Program-made: the position numbers and the translations under genes
Notes under the pieces: generated by a model
Told to the model about the DNA's origin: nothing
Database searches by the model: none
Seen by the model: only the letters and a program-made list of their open reading frames with translations
Source: Eledone cirrhosa
Lineage: Eukaryota
Length of the DNA stretch: 64,000 bases
NCBI GenBank assembly: GCA_964016885.1
Contig: OZ024750.1
Location: 52,018,001 to 52,082,000 of the forward strand
Reading direction: 5' to 3'
Shown: in pieces, positions 29,871-43,635 of the stretch
How positions within the stretch are numbered: position 1 is the stretch's first letter
Layout: each line of letters begins with the position of its first letter

Positions 29871-30240
29871 GCAACTGCATACCTCTAACTCGTTAGGTGT
29901 GTAGATGTCACTGCCTCCGCCACAGGACTTTGAGGAGATATCAGCACAAGAAGATCAAAGCAACATATGCTTGTACAACACACATGCTGCTCTCTGAGTA
30001 TCAACAGCCAAAATCCGATGACAAGCAGATGCAAGATAATCGGTAGCTGTAGCAACCGCAGCTATTTCAGAGTGTCCTTCTCTTTAAAAAAAAGGTAACT
30101 GCAGCAGCCATAGGTTTTCACAGATAAATAATAAATAATAAATAGGTAAAATATGTAGATAAGATAAAATGGAATTTTAAAAATCTTTAAAAGTTTAAAA
30201 GTTTAAAAATCAAAAAGTTAAAAGTTTAAAAATTAAAACT

Positions 30241-30328
<88 letters not shown>

Positions 30329-30516
30329 GATATTAAACAAATGGAAACTATATTTATAAAACCATATTTATTTCGTTATATATATTTCTGGGATATCATA
30401 TTAAAAATATGGTATGCCTTCCTCAGACAAATTAAAAATATGGTATGCCTTCCTCAGACAAATTAAAAATTAAAACTTTGAATATATATATATATAGTTT
30501 CCATTTGTTTAATATC

Positions 30517-30582
<66 letters not shown>

Positions 30583-30584
<2 letters not shown>

Positions 30585-33500
30585 GATATTAAACAAATGG
30601 AAACTATATTTATAAAACCATATTTATTTCGTTATATATATTTCTGGGATATCATATTAAAAATATGGTATGCCTTCCTCAGACAAAATACAATATATAA
30701 GCTGTTTTATAAATAATTTTGACATACCTTAGAATAATGCAACTTCCATTTAAAAAGTTGATTTGGTAGTGAAACTGTTAAGGACAGTTATAGAGAAAGA
30801 AAGACGAAGAAAAACGAAGATAAAAAGAAGAAGATGAAGAGATGTATGTAAAGAAAAAACAACAGAGCGAGATAGAGAGAGAAGGAGATATGGGAGAGAG
30901 AAATATATTGAGGAAGTGAAAAAATGGTAGGCAGCTTGGGGACATATGATCAGCGTACAAGTGAGAGGTTAAGGAGGGAAGGGATACAGTTAAAACAGCC
31001 GGCACATATAAATGAAAATGTCTCAGACCTAGACAAAGTCTTCAAATCTAAAAAAAATCCACCCCCCAACAAACTTTTAACTGATTTTGAAAACGATATA
31101 ATTTCTATCATACAAGGAGTCAAATTCAAAGGAAACTTCAATGGCCAGGATTATCTGAAAAGCATTAAGGATAATATTGTGAGCTTAGAGAGAACAGAGA
31201 AGATCTTGGTGAAATCGGACAAAACCAACAACCTCTATGGAGTGGAAAAAGACATGTATAATGGCCTCATACTGAAAGAACTAAGGAAAAAGTACAAGGT
31301 AGCAGATAAGGCTGAACTTGAGAAAATGAATGTTGAGGCATCTTGTATAATGCATGAGTTGGAAATTGAGAACAAAACACAACCTTTCGTGCCCAGGAAA
31401 CCCAAGATCAATATGAAAGATCACAAGAGAAATTTTGAAAATGACTTGCCAGTCAGGTTGATTGCACCATCAAAATCTGACCTGGGTAAACTTAGCAAGA
31501 GCATTCTAGACAGGGTGATACAGCAAATTAAGGACTTGAATTGTTTACCTGGCTTGACTTTGTGGAAGGGAACTGGGGAGGTCATTGAGTGGTTTAATGA
31601 AATTAAATATAACAATAATAATAAATTTATTCAACTAGATATTGCTAACTACTATTCATCCATTACCCCTAATCTACTAAATAAGGCACTAAATTACGCA
31701 TTCAAACATACAGACCTAACTAGCAATGAAATGCACATTATATTATCGGCAAGGAAAACATTGATAGAATTTAATAACCAACTATGGACTAGGGCAGATA
31801 GAGATAATAATTTCGACATTACTATGGGATCATCAGACTCAGCTCAGGTAACGGACTTTCTGGGCCTATTTATAATTAATTCGCTGCATAGGAAAATACC
31901 CGGTGTTACCGGAGGTTTATATAGAGATGACATGCTTTTACTTATTGAAAATAATAACTCTGAACTAAATAGAAAAAGAAAACAAATTATACAATTTTTT
32001 AATTACCTTAATCTAAAAATAGAAATTGAGAATAACCATAGAATAGTCAATTTCCTAGACGTAACATTAAATCTCAACACATGTCTTCACTATCCATTTC
32101 ACAAGTTAAATGAAAACTTGAATTATGTCAATTTTAGCTCCAATCACCCCAGATCTGTCAAAAATACTATAGTGAACTCTGTTCAAAAACGTATCTCTAG
32201 AATCTCTTCCAATAAAAATATTTTTGACGAAAAAGCCCAGTATTATAATGAAGCGTTAGCTAGAGCAGGATATAGTGATAAAATTATGTACATCGATAAT
32301 AGACAAACTAACCAAAATAACAACAATTTTAATTACAGTAGCAACTTTAACAACTATAATAGAAAGCATTACAATAATTCCAAAAACCAGAAAAGAAATA
32401 GAACTAAAAATATAATATGGTTTGCCCCCCCCCCCTTTCTCACTAAACATTAAAACCCCCATCGCTAAACTATTTTTTAATGCTCTTGACAAACGCTTCC
32501 CTAGAACACATAAGTATCACTCAATTTTCAATAGACATACTATAAAATTAACATACTCGTCCACCAAAAATTTAGCACAAAATATTAATAGAATAAATAA
32601 TAGGAATCTAAAACCTAGCCAAAATACCGAAAATAGCCTAAACAATATTCAAGTAAACAACTGTAACTGTAGAGATAGATCTAAATGTCCGCTAAATAAC
32701 AATTGCTTAGTTAAAAATATAATATACAACTGTAATGTTAAAACTGACTTAAATTCTTTTAATTATGTTGGTTCCACCTCGACAAAATTTAAACTTCGCT
32801 ATAATAATCACAAGAATTCTTTCACGGATCCAAATAAAAAATCTTCAACATCACTATCAGGCTTACTCTGGCAACTTAAACATGATAAAGTTGGATATTC
32901 GATGGTTTGGAATATAGTTTCAAAAGGGATTCCTTTTAATTCCTCCTCTGAGACATGTGACCTCTGCGCGGAGGAGATATTCTTTATACTAAAATCTAAA
33001 AATTCCCTTAATTTACGGACCAATTTATTCAGCTGCTGCAGACATAGATTGAACTCAACTTTTAAATATAAATATAAATTTAAAATGTAGTATAAAATGT
33101 AGTATATTTACTTAAGATATTTAACTATTTATGAAACTTGGCGATAAATCTTTCGATTCCTTCAATTTTTAAAACCTTTCTGCATGAATATATAATTAAT
33201 GAGATTAATTAAACTACCCTAAAATTGGCGATATTCCCAATCTTTTGAATAAATTTTTAAGCTAGATAAACTTCTATAATAAATATAAGAGCATTGGTAG
33301 AATAAGTTTTTGAATGATTTCTGCTAAATAAGTTTTGTTGAACAATTTTGGTTTTTGTTTGCTTTTGATTCTGATTGCTTCTAATGAACTTGACAACATA
33401 TTGTCAAATAAATTGGAAGGGTGGTTTTATGTGATTGATATGCGTGGCATACTATGTTCTCTTACGTCCCTAGATACTCTGTGGAGTGACGAAGATATTC

Positions 33501-34548
33501 TTGGCGTTTTTAATTTTTAATATATTGATATCTGTTGTCTATTCTATGCTTGAACGATAATCATGTAAGTGAGGGCAGGAATATTACTATTAATATTAAT
33601 GTATATTGTATGTCTATATATATATATGTATGTACATATATGTATGGTGGAATCTTTTGTAACGCAATGAAGATTTTCATGAAAAATAAGAATTTGCGGA
33701 GCATATCACGTAAGTTCACATGTGTGTCTATAATTGTCAACTTGAATTTGAGATAACCTTCTCTTTTCTCTTTTTTCTTTTTTCATGAGAATGCATATAT
33801 ACTTATGTATTTTTGAAGTTTTGTCTCAGATTTTGCTTATAGACCTAAGAATTTTTAAACTAAGCATGGGGTCATTTTTTTCACACATTATGGATATGTG
33901 TCTCATTCATGAATATTGATATTTACATTATAATACCTAATTCATAAAAATTGATAATTCAAATGGATGAGACATAATACATTTTAAATATATCATCTTT
34001 CTTTCTTTTTCTCCTCTACACTGGACGGGATTTATGTGCCGGCTGTTTTAACTGTATCCCTTCCCTCCTTAACCTCTCACTTGTACGCTGATCATATGTC
34101 CCCAAGCTGCCTACCATTTTTTCACTTCCTCAATATATTTCTCTCTCCCATATCTCCTTCTCTCTCTATCTCGCTCTGTTGTTTTTTCTTTACATACATC
34201 TCTTCATCTTCTTCTTTTTATCTTCGTTTTTCTTCGTCTTTCTTTCTCTATAACTGTCCTTAACAGTTTCACTACCAAATCAATTTTTTAAATGGAAGTT
34301 GCATTATTCTAAGGTATGTCAAAATTATTTATAAAACAGCTTATATATTGTATTTTGTCTGAGGAAGGCATACCATATTTTTAATATGATATCCCAGAAA
34401 TATATATAACGAAATAAATATGGTTTTATAAATATAGTTTCCATTTGTTTAATATCGTAAACCTACTCCAAAAACTGTTGAGTGCTTTTATATCAGTTAT
34501 AAAATATTTACTCGTTGTAACCCAACAATTTTAAATAAAACTTTTGCA
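30583..34548 (+). mobile_element. Near-intact 5'-truncated PLE (Naiad-like motifs) with inverted pLTR, in FABP intron 3
   Basis: RT: KSDKTNNLY, LDIANYYSSI, MGSSDSAQV, GLYRDDML, FLDVTL, SNHP; +1 frameshift in a C11 run (32425-32435); then CNCRDRSKCPLNNNC and IIY..NYVGST (GIY-YIG); 30583-30990 is the reverse complement of 34033-34458. Confidence 0.92.
34353..34414 (+). ncRNA. Hammerhead-like motif in the PLE pLTR (inverted copies at 30371-30431, 30627-30688, 40237-40298, 63848-63909)
   Basis: TTTTGT-CTGAGGA-AGG..hairpin..CCC-A-GAAA-TATATA-T-A-ACGAAA then AATAAA; the 40237 copy has CTGATGA and CCCC-GAAA. Confidence 0.62.
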
Positions 34549-34561
34549 TATATATATATAT

Positions 34562-35460
34562 ATATATTTATAAGTCGTTTGGCAGCCTCGACAATGCAAA
34601 TGGGTAAATCTCCGGGTAACAGGGTCCGGTGTAGGAGAGAGAGAGATATGTAAGTGGGTGTACGTTGAGATGCGTGGTGTGTATAAGGTGTGTGAGATGT
34701 GTAGAATGAAGGGAAGAGTGAAAGGGTAAAAATAATAATAACAACACAAGAGATAGAGAGTTACCTTGGGAGAGATTTAATAGTCCCTATATATTTCGGA
34801 TTCACATCCATCAACTGGGGGTTTTTTTCCGGGGTGGGGGAAAAGGTTGTCTGTCGGACAATTCGGAACGCGTCTTTCGCTGTTTAAGATTTGAATATCT
34901 GAGGTATTCGGTCGGGCGCGCGTGCGCGCGAAATGGGGCCGGCCGCACAGAAGTCAATGGCCGAATGAGGGAGTGGGAAGGCGCTAGCTGTCAGTCCATT
35001 CTCTGCCTGCTTGTTAAATGTTATTGTGTGTGTGTGTGCGTGTAAAGTTGTCTCGCTTGAGTGTGTGTGTGTGTGCGTGTGTAGTTGTCTTGTTCATCTG
35101 TATTGGCAGTGTGGTATGTTCGTATGGTGGAATGCTATTGTGTGTGTGTTTGCGTGTGTGTGTGTAGTTGTCTCATTTGCGTGTGTGTGTGTGTGCGTGT
35201 GTTGTGTGTTGTTGCATCGCTTGTTAACTTAAACCAGCCATTTCATTTCGCTTCTCTCAAGACGGTTGTTTAATTGCGGTTGTAGTTGTTTGATAAGAAG
35301 CCCTTCCTTAATACGTAACGTGCCGACGTTTCTTTCAGTCGCTAAAACTGTGACAATGGGCCTTCCGTCTTTGTTTCCGCATTTGTCTATGTGTTTCCGG
35401 AAAGACGAGGCCCTGGTTTTAATGTGTTCCTTGATCCTGATGTGCATATAAATAAGACAC
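34562..35460 (-). mobile_element. 3' end of a PLE related to 2627-5770
   Basis: HIRIKEHIKTRASSFRKHIDKCGNKDGRPIVTVLATERNVGTLRIKE nearly matches the C-terminus of the 3340 ORF; similar pLTR. Confidence 0.85.
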
Positions 35461-36150
35461 GCGTGCATGCCACACGTGAGACTGTTTCATACACTGACTA
35501 CTCTAAACTTTCCTCTTGCTTTATCTTCATAAACTGCCAATGTTTTATTTTTATTTTTATTTTAATTTTAACTTTAATTTCGTCCTTTAATATGACTGTA
35601 ACCTTTGTATGTAAATTGCCATGTCATATTATTATGATGGATGTCTACCCACTGTGGGTCAATATATACATATGTTTTTATATGTCTCTTGTGTTGAAAA
35701 GGAGGTCAAGTATGTAAAGAATCACTAAATAGTTGCTCCGAAGAATCCAAACCTCGGTTTGGAGGAAACAATTGTAAGCAAATAAATTATTTAAACTGAA
35801 CTTTGATTCATGTAATTTCTATATACACATATATATATATATTTATATATATATATACATACACACATATATATATATGAGTGTAGATATTTGTAGATTT
35901 TTCCAAATTGAAGGATAAGTATTTACCCTTAATTTTATTCTGAGTTAAGACTCTATTGGTTTTTTCCCTGCATTACACAAAATGTGTGGATAAAATTTCT
36001 GTGTTGACTTTTTTTGAATTGAGATTGAATTATTTTTCCCATATCTTACGTTATATATTTTCCATCTTGACGTAATAGTCACTTATATGTATGAATTACT
36101 GTTGGCTTCTTGCTCACATTAATTTCTCTATTTTCATTTATATATATATG

Positions 36151-36292
<142 letters not shown>

Positions 36293-36618
36293 ATAATTCT
36301 GTAATTTCGGAGCACCAAATTCTGGACACAAGACATTTCTCTCATCCTGAGTCTATTGTTGAGGACACTTGCCCAAGTTGCCTGTACCATGCTGTGGGAT
36401 TAAACACACACAGAAGCCCGTTTGTAACGTACTGAACTTTTAACCACACATCCATAACTCCCTTCTTCAAAAATCGTTTCTTATGATCGATTATAATGGT
36501 CAACTATTTTGTACTGAAATCAACTATTATATTAATCATCTACGTTGGGACAACTACATTTATATTTTATATTGATATCTTTCTTAAAGTGCCTTATTAT
36601 CATTTCTACCTATTTCAG

Positions 36619-36669
36619 ACGACAAGTTGTGATGGCAAATCATTTAGCGTAACATTCAGAAAATGCTAA
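36619..36669 (+). CDS. FABP: FABP/iLBP family protein, copy 1, exon 4
   Basis: TTTCAG acceptor; TTSCDGKSFSVTFRKC-stop matches the last two FABP beta strands; total protein 140 aa; candidate AATAAA at 36991-36996. Confidence 0.78.
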   Translation, partial: TTSCDGKSFSVTFRKC

Positions 36670-36783
36670 AAATATATTTAAAATATATTAACCTTGGGTC
36701 AAAGGAACCAACAAGACATATCTAGCAGAACTAACTCTAGACCTAACTCGTCCTTTGGACGGATATAACCTCCCGTTTTTTTA

Positions 36784-36863
<80 letters not shown>

Positions 36864-37241
36864 ATATACATGTGTGTGTGTGTGTACATACACTGTCACA
36901 GCTATTTAAGCGATCACCAAACGCCGTATAATGTTCTCTGTTATTCTGATCTATTCCTTCAGTAACATCTAAAATGTAAGACTACTTCGAAATAAAGATA
37001 ATTCTCCGGATTATTTCTTGTGTTTTCTCATAAACTTTATTGTTGTTGTAAAACCTAGGGTCATGTGACATTGATAAACTGGTTGGTTTTCTGCTTGAAA
37101 ACATTTCTGCAACGAATACCGCAAAGCCAATCTATTTGACTTTCTAACGACTCTGTCACTTTTCCTTTGTACTTTGTATTCATATTCGTTTTTTTCAGCA
37201 AAATTGAACGAAGCTATGTTTGTTTGTGGATTATATATATC

Positions 37242-38549
37242 TCTAGGGCGGGTAAAATTCCCGTGATCCATGGACGAGATATCTCCAGCGGTCGCTGTCC
37301 CTCATTATCGCTGCCATGTCCTGCGTCTCCAACAGACCAGTGTCTGTCCTTAGGGCTTCAACATATGTTAACCTTGGACTTCATCTTCCAGTGTTTCCAT
37401 GTAGGGGCTCCTATGGGAGCACTGAGTACAATGTCAACTCTGGATGTCGGTGAGCATGTCCAGCTAACCTCAGTCTCCTCTGTGTCCCTTTTGAGGTGAC
37501 ATTTGGGAGGCTCCCATACATCTCTGAGTTTTTCATCCTCAGTGTATACTGATTAATGTTCAGAGCCATCCTCAGTATTCTCGTGTAGCATCCATCCACC
37601 ATCTGAGTTAGTTTCTTGGTCAGTGTCCAAGTCTCAGACCCGTACAGCAGCACAGACTCCACTACAGCAATGAAGTGGCGGATTTTCAGGTCTTTACGAA
37701 AGTCCGACTTCCACACCGATCTCAAGCTGTGGCACGCCGCCCAGGCTTTGCTCTTCCTCTCAACCACATCATCTTCCGTATTCCCAATCTTTGCTCCCAA
37801 ATACACGAAGTCCTCAACCAATTCTAGCGGCTTCCCGCCTACATTAGTGATCCCCTCTGGCTTCTCAACATTCTCTACCAGAAATTTTGTTTTAGTCTCA
37901 TTCATTCTCAGCCCCATACTCATCGACAGTCTCAACCCCCTGCATCAAATCCCCTGCATCCTTCACTGTATTTGTCACCAAAACTATGTCGTCGGCAAAT
38001 TCAGCATCCGATACCTTTTTCGCCTTAACTCTCCTGCTCTGAGCCGGTGCTACAGTAAAGCCAGAGTCCTGGTGTTTCTCCAGTGCAAGGCGCATACAAT
38101 AGTCCACTACGATGATAAAAAGGTAGGGAGCCAATGTATCTCCCTGGAGTACTCCAGCCAGTATCTCAAAGAACTCTGTCATCCCATCAGGTGTAATGAC
38201 TTGGGCTTGGGTATTGGTGTAGAGCAGTGATATCAGGTCCACTATCTTCTTGAGGTTTCCATAACCCTGTAAGATCTTCATCGGGCAGTGTCGGTCCACA
38301 GAATCGAATGCCTTCCTAAGTGCCAAAGAAGGGAGATCTCTAAAATCAACAACTACAGGGAGATCTCACTGACGCCACTTGTGGCAAAGACCCTCAACAG
38401 GATGATTCTTAACAGGATCCAGTCTGAGATGGAGAAGAAACTCAGGAACAACCAGAACGGCTTCAGAGAGGGAAGATCAACCACCAGTCACATCCTGATG
38501 CTGAGGAGGATATTAGAGGGAGCTAGAGCAAAGTGTCTTCCTGCGTCAA
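37242..38549. mobile_element. RTE-type LINE with a clean 5' inversion
   Basis: - strand from RKAFDSV through GVLQGDTLAP, FADD, YLG and the C-terminus (37242-38320), joined to a + strand segment [22 protein letters not shown] (38319-38549); same family as 12622. Confidence 0.9.
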
Positions 38550-38556
38550 TATTTTC

Positions 38557-38597
<41 letters not shown>

Positions 38598-39041
38598 GTA
38601 TATAAAACAATAGCGTAAGGTCTTCAAAATGCTTTTAATTAAGCATACAGTGTATTACGAAATACACTATATATACATTCATATATATATATATATATAT
38701 AATCCACAAACAAAGCGTGTCCTCTGACGCTGAAATTCGTTTGTTCTAGCACATGTGATTCCAGTTCCTCGTAGGACTAAGAACACACCTAGGGGCTGGA
38801 AATATCGATGAATTGACAGAGTGGAACACATTTCAACACCATGTTTACCTGTTCTTTCTACATTAATTCGTACAGCCGGAAGAGGTCACAGCCAATAATA
38901 GCTGTCACTAAATATATATACCAGAGAATTTATAATAAACGAAGCCAAATTTAACATGTTTGACTTACTTATTTTACATTACTCCGGAGTAACAAACCTA
39001 CTTGCATACTGAGGTGTCGGTAAACAACCAACACATACTCA

Positions 39042-39102
<61 letters not shown>

Positions 39103-39154
39103 ATAATAATAAATTTGAAGACTAAAATCCAATGAGTGCTCGATAAGGATAAAT

Positions 39155-39540
39155 ATATGTGTAACCCTGTAGCTAGTACTAACTGTAATTGTAGGAATCG
39201 GGTTGACTGCCCTCTATCCGGGAAATGCCTCTCTAGTAACATTGTCTACAAATGTAAGGTTGAAACACCCACGTCCCGTAGGGCCTACATAGGGTTAACC
39301 GCCAATAGATTCAAGCAGCGTCTTTACATGCATACCCATTCTTTTCTTAACCCTTTAAGAAGGAATATGACGTCACTTTCAGCTTATATCTGGAGTCTAA
39401 AAGACAATATAAGTTACACTGGGAGATCCTAGCTAAGGCTAGATCGTATAACGGAAATAAAAGACCATGCGCCACTGAGGCCCTGGAAATACTCTACGCC
39501 AAAGACCACATCTTAAACAAAAAATCTGAGGCAATTTCGT
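39155..39540 (+). mobile_element. PLE GIY-YIG fragment
   Basis: CNCRNRVDCPLSGKCLSSNIVYKC...AYIGLTANRFKQR..H..SF...TSLSAYIWSLK. Confidence 0.8.
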
Positions 39541-39550
39541 AGAGCAAATA

Positions 39551-39955
39551 TTTATTAAAATAACAGATTAAATTTTAAGCAAAGAATCGCTGCTTTCACC
39601 CTTAACGGGATCTTCTGAAACTAACAAAGTCAATCTGTGAACGAAGAAGTGAATATTTCAAAAATCGTTGCAACCGGAGGAAGACAGGAAGACGATACTT
39701 TGGTTCGTGGAAACGTTCCCTGGCAAAGAACTGGAAAAAAACGAATATAATACGTCATTATTTGGAGCGGTGAAAAACAATTACACGCAAAGACAAAACC
39801 ACGTTTAAGGTATAAAAGAAGTCGTAGACTAATGTTCCCTTAGGTGGTTCATAGAGACTTCTCTGGCAATGAACAGATTGACTTTGTATGTTTCAGAAGA
39901 TCCCGTTAAGGGTGAAAGCAGCGATTCTTTGCTTAAACTTTAATCTGTTATTTTA

Positions 39956-39960
<5 letters not shown>
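39551..39960. repeat. Fold-back element with ~88-bp inverted arms; single-arm relatives at ~22674-22739 and ~58288-58353
   Basis: 39551-39638 is approximately the reverse complement of 39873-39960; ends AATAAA-(TA)n. Confidence 0.8.
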
Positions 39961-40041
<81 letters not shown>

Positions 40042-40055
40042 TTATATATATATAC

Positions 40056-40193
<138 letters not shown>

Positions 40194-42298
40194 AATATTA
40201 AATAAATGGAAAACTATATTTATAAAACCATATTTATTTCATTATATATATTTCGGGGATATCATATTAACAATATGTTATGCCTTCATCAGACAAAATA
40301 CAATATAAACAGTTTTATAGATAAATATATTCGACATACCGTAATAAACATCAACTTCATTTGAAGAGGTTTACTCTAGCAGTGAAAATACAGAGAGAAA
40401 GAAAGAGAGAAAGAAAAGAGGGAAAAAAGAAAGAAAGAAAGACAAAACGAAGAAGAGGAAGAAAAAGAAGAAAAAGAAAAAGAAGAAATGCATGGGACAA
40501 AATAGAGAGATGGAAAAATAGATAAAGCGAAGAGCTTCATGTAAAGAGACAGAAAGAGATATATATAGAGAGAGAGGAAATAGAGATAGATACATATATA
40601 TATATAGAAAATTAGGTAGTGGGAGGTCATTTTGAGTAAGTGTATCAATGATACATTTATTTATTTATTTATTTATTTATTTAGCTCAAGTATTAATGTA
40701 AGGGAGATATATAGAGAGATATAGAGAGATATAGAGAGAAAAAAAATTTAAAAATAGCCAGACATATTCGAGGCATAGAAAACCCTATGTTTTAATGTAT
40801 TAGTATTTATAAAACTTACACTATATTGTAAATATCAGTATTCCTGAATGAAACAAGTATTCACAATGTGTGAAAATTCATTATCTTATGTTTAGTTTTA
40901 AAAAATTCATATGTTTATGTGACAGCTACAAACATCAATGTGAATCCAACTGATTCACTCTGCAAACTTTTAGTTACTGGAAAACATTCTCAGTGTGGTA
41001 TAAAAATTTGAGCGTATTATTATTCTTGCGATTACTCTACAAGATTATCTATCAAGCAGAAATAGAGAGCAGATTTCAATATACTAATCGAAAATATATA
41101 TTATATTATAAACAAAGATAACAATAATAATAATAATAATAAGTAAAAATATATAAAAATATAGAATAGAAAACTAAAAAAAATATATTACGAAAGAATA
41201 TTACATAATAAAAATATTGCATATTAAAATACTACGTATTAAAAAATATTACGTATTAAAAATTTACATATAAAAAATTTACATATAAAAATATTAAAAA
41301 TAAAATAAAAAAATAAAATAAAAAATAAAAATATTATAGAATACTACAATACTAAAAGAATAAAAATAAAAATAAAAATAAAAATAAAAATAAAAATGAA
41401 AATAAAAATAAAATAAAAATAAAATAAAAATAAACCACAAAGAACAACCCTTCAAAGTTAATTGACAATATATTGCCAAGTTCATTACAAGACAAAGCCA
41501 AAAATTATCTATCAAATCACATCTAGCAAAGAATATCGCAAAAAAAGATTATGATGTCCAATAATGTCTACATAAGTTCCTATATTTAATATAGAAGTTT
41601 ATCTAGTGTAAGGTTAATTCAAAAAAATTTGGAGCATCGGCTTTTAGGGTAGCTTAATTTTTCATGAGGAATGTTTAGATAAAAAATAATAAAAAATAAA
41701 AATAAATAAAATAAAAAAAACAATAGAAAGAGTAAAAAGAGGGAATCAAAGATTTAGGAATCAAAAGATTTATCGGCTAGTTCTCATATAAATATAAATC
41801 AAACTAAATATACTACATTTTAAATTTAAATTTATATTTAAACGTTGAGTTTAATCTATGTTTGCAAAAACTGAATAAATTTGTCCGTAGGTTAAGGGAA
41901 TTTTTAGATTTTAGTATAAAGAATATCTCCTCTGCGCAGAGGTCACATGTCTCAGAGGATGAATTAAAAGGAATCCCTCTTGAGACTATATTCCAAGCCG
42001 TCGAATATCTAACGTTATCTAGCTTAAGTTGCCAGAGTACCCCTGATAGTGCCGTTGAAGATTTTTTATTTGGATCTGTGAAAGAATTCTTGTGGTTATT
42101 ATAGCGAAGTTTAAATTCCGTCGATGTGGAACCGACATAGTTAAAAGAATTAGAGTCAGTATTAACATTACAATTGTATACTATATTTTTAACTAAGCAG
42201 TTGTTATTTAACGGACATTTAGATCTATCTCTTCGCTACATAGGAAAATACCTGGTACTACCGGAGGTTTATATAGGGATGACATGCTTTTACTTATT
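40194..42298 (-). mobile_element. Diverged PLE of the 30583 family, 5'-inverted and cut by the duplication breakpoint
   Basis: pLTR at 40194-~40630; EN on - at 41815-42231 matching 32670-33090; then a + strand RT piece at 42232-42298 (GGLYRDDMLLLI) matching 31879-31946. Confidence 0.85.
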
Positions 42299-42656
42299 TT
42301 TGAATATTTAAGCGACTGTCACGCCATCCCTGAACAACAAATGCAAAATATAAAGTCATTACAGGATGTGCAATGATAAATTCTATTTTGCTTTAAAATT
42401 TGAACGAAATCGGTGGCAAAATGTGGGAGCTAGAGCCAAAAATCTTATTTTTCGAAATCCTAAAAAAAGGGGACCTCCTATCGATTTTTATCTGGAGAAT
42501 GACCTCGGAATAAAAAAAAAAGCGATATGTTGATATATGGAAAACACTCCCCGATGACTAATCTATGAGCCTGTAAAGTTTCATGAAAATCGGTCGTAAG
42601 ATGTAGGTAATACACAGACACACAGACACACACATACTTAATTTTATATATATACA

Positions 42657-42720
<64 letters not shown>

Positions 42721-43275
42721 AAAGACGATATATTTATAACACGAGTTATGATATATAGGTAAACGGAAAAGAAAATGCTGACAAATTGTTCACAGTGAAA
42801 AATAGTTTAATTAGGAATAAGTGAGAATTAGTAATAGTATTGGTTAGTATTCAGTTTTGGTTTTAAGTTTTACCGGTTGCGCATTTCTAATGCTTTTCAA
42901 AAATAATTTTGAGATAGAGCGTCCGTGATGTTTGCTCTAATCTGATTAGTTTTGGAAATTCTACCTGTTTTTATGTGAAAAAAGTGGCTCAAGAAGTATT
43001 AAAATAAGTTTCGCGCCAATTCGTGTTACAAAAATTCTTGTGGTCAAAACAATTTTGATTGTTCGGAAGAGGTCATGTGAATGTTAAAAATTGATTTTGC
43101 GCCAAATGTATGTTTGTGTCGGCTGATTGAGAAGTCACTGAAAAATAAGTCTTTCAAAACAAATATGTGTGTGTGTGTGTGTGTAGTAGTAGTAAAGAGG
43201 TTCGTTGTTGTGATAATGGTCAGCAGGGATGTGTGTGCGAACCGAGCCTGTTGACAGTTCAAATGCCTATTAAGA

Positions 43276-43413
<138 letters not shown>

Positions 43414-43536
43414 GTGGGTGTGTGTGTAGCAGAGTAATTCGTGGTAGAGGGATGGTCAGTAGGAATGTGTCTGTAAGTGTGTGGGGGATATTTTAACATG
43501 TTAAAAGATATTTTTCAGCTCTTGTCTTATACGGAG

Positions 43537-43635
<99 letters not shown>

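Noticed and set aside
30924-30990. ATG at 30924 as the PLE start codon
   Set aside because: It lies in the inverted pLTR and is fused by chance to a 5'-truncated ORF
32422-33090. Selenocysteine (in-frame TGA) recoding, as reported for some Naiad PLEs
   Set aside because: Cys positions here and in the 37-480 and 39155-39540 fragments are ordinary Cys codons; no in-frame TGA seen
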